Source: Hypanus sabinus (Eukaryota). Taken from it: a stretch of DNA of 64,000 nucleotides. Under the pieces are notes generated by a model. That model was not told the origin of the DNA. It worked only from the letters and a program-made list of their open reading frames with translations, and made no database searches. The stretch is taken from the NCBI RefSeq assembly GCF_030144855.1, contig NC_082725.1, positions 10,106,001-10,170,000 on the forward strand, given 5' to 3'. The position numbers and the translations under genes were made by a program. Below are positions 63,608 to 64,000 of this stretch, piece after piece (position 1 is the stretch's first letter; every line of letters starts with the position of its first letter).

Positions 63608-63831
63608 ATGCACACAAAATGCTGGAGGAACTCAGCAGGTCAGGCAGCATCTATGGAAATAAATAAACATTTGGCATTTTAGGCCAAGACCCTTTATCAG
63701 GACCCTGATGAAGAGGCTCAGCCCGAAGCATCGACTGTTTATTCATTTCCATAGATGCTGCCTGACATGCTGAGTTCCTCCAGCAGTTTGTATGTGTTGC
63801 TCAGGATTTCCTGCATCTGCAGAATCTCTTG
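63608..63831. mobile_element. Palindromic Penelope-derived mini-element (two inverted pseudo-LTR arms with hammerhead remnants)
   Basis: cacacaaaatgctggaggaactcagcaggtcaggcagcatctatggaaat... is mirrored by ...atttccatagatgctgcctgacatgctgagttcctccagcagtttgtatgtg. Centre is atcaggaccctgat, with CTGATGA at 63705. Confidence 0.75.
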
Positions 63832-64000
63832 GGTGTTTCAAAGAAGCAGAGAAAGGAAGAGAGGATAAATCTTAAGGGGACAGCTAATGGTGCATACTTG
63901 AGAAGGTTTTGCAGCTGAATCATTGAATATAATTTGATGGATATAAATTTTAACAAAGCATTGGATGTCTCACATAGATGGATGACAGTGCAGCAGTGTT

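Noticed and set aside
1-64000. HIBADH exons 4 and 7, or other host genes
   Set aside because: No sequence encoding ...FMDAPVSG or LGLDPKLLAKILN... was seen; the remaining short ORFs are LINE/Tc1 fragments or low-complexity chance ORFs.

Overview
Eukaryotic, repeat-rich intronic DNA, most likely from an elasmobranch (shark or ray; inferred from the repeat complement). The window lies inside HIBADH (3-hydroxyisobutyrate dehydrogenase, + strand). Only two coding exons are present: 38116-38249 (134 bp) and 40500-40576 (77 bp), equivalent to human exons 5 and 6. So 1-38115 is the distal part of the large intron 4, which in mammals holds long-range Evx1/HoxA enhancers. The rest is layered transposon debris: CR1 and Rex1/Babar LINE 3' fragments, V-SINEs, CORE/RTE-tailed SINEs, bipartite RTE derivatives, Tc1 remnants, a solo LTR, an internally deleted Buster/Charlie-type hAT transposon and tiny hAT MITEs. 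Repeat-free, motif-dense islands between them look like conserved non-coding elements. The most interesting signals are (i) a family of short palindromic elements whose arms each carry a minimal Penelope-type hammerhead ribozyme, with one sense-strand copy apparently intact at 54489-54526, and (ii) a two-copy hairpin-plus-tail repeat with a ~450 bp fold-back. Boundaries of degraded repeats are approximate. No database search or folding program was run.
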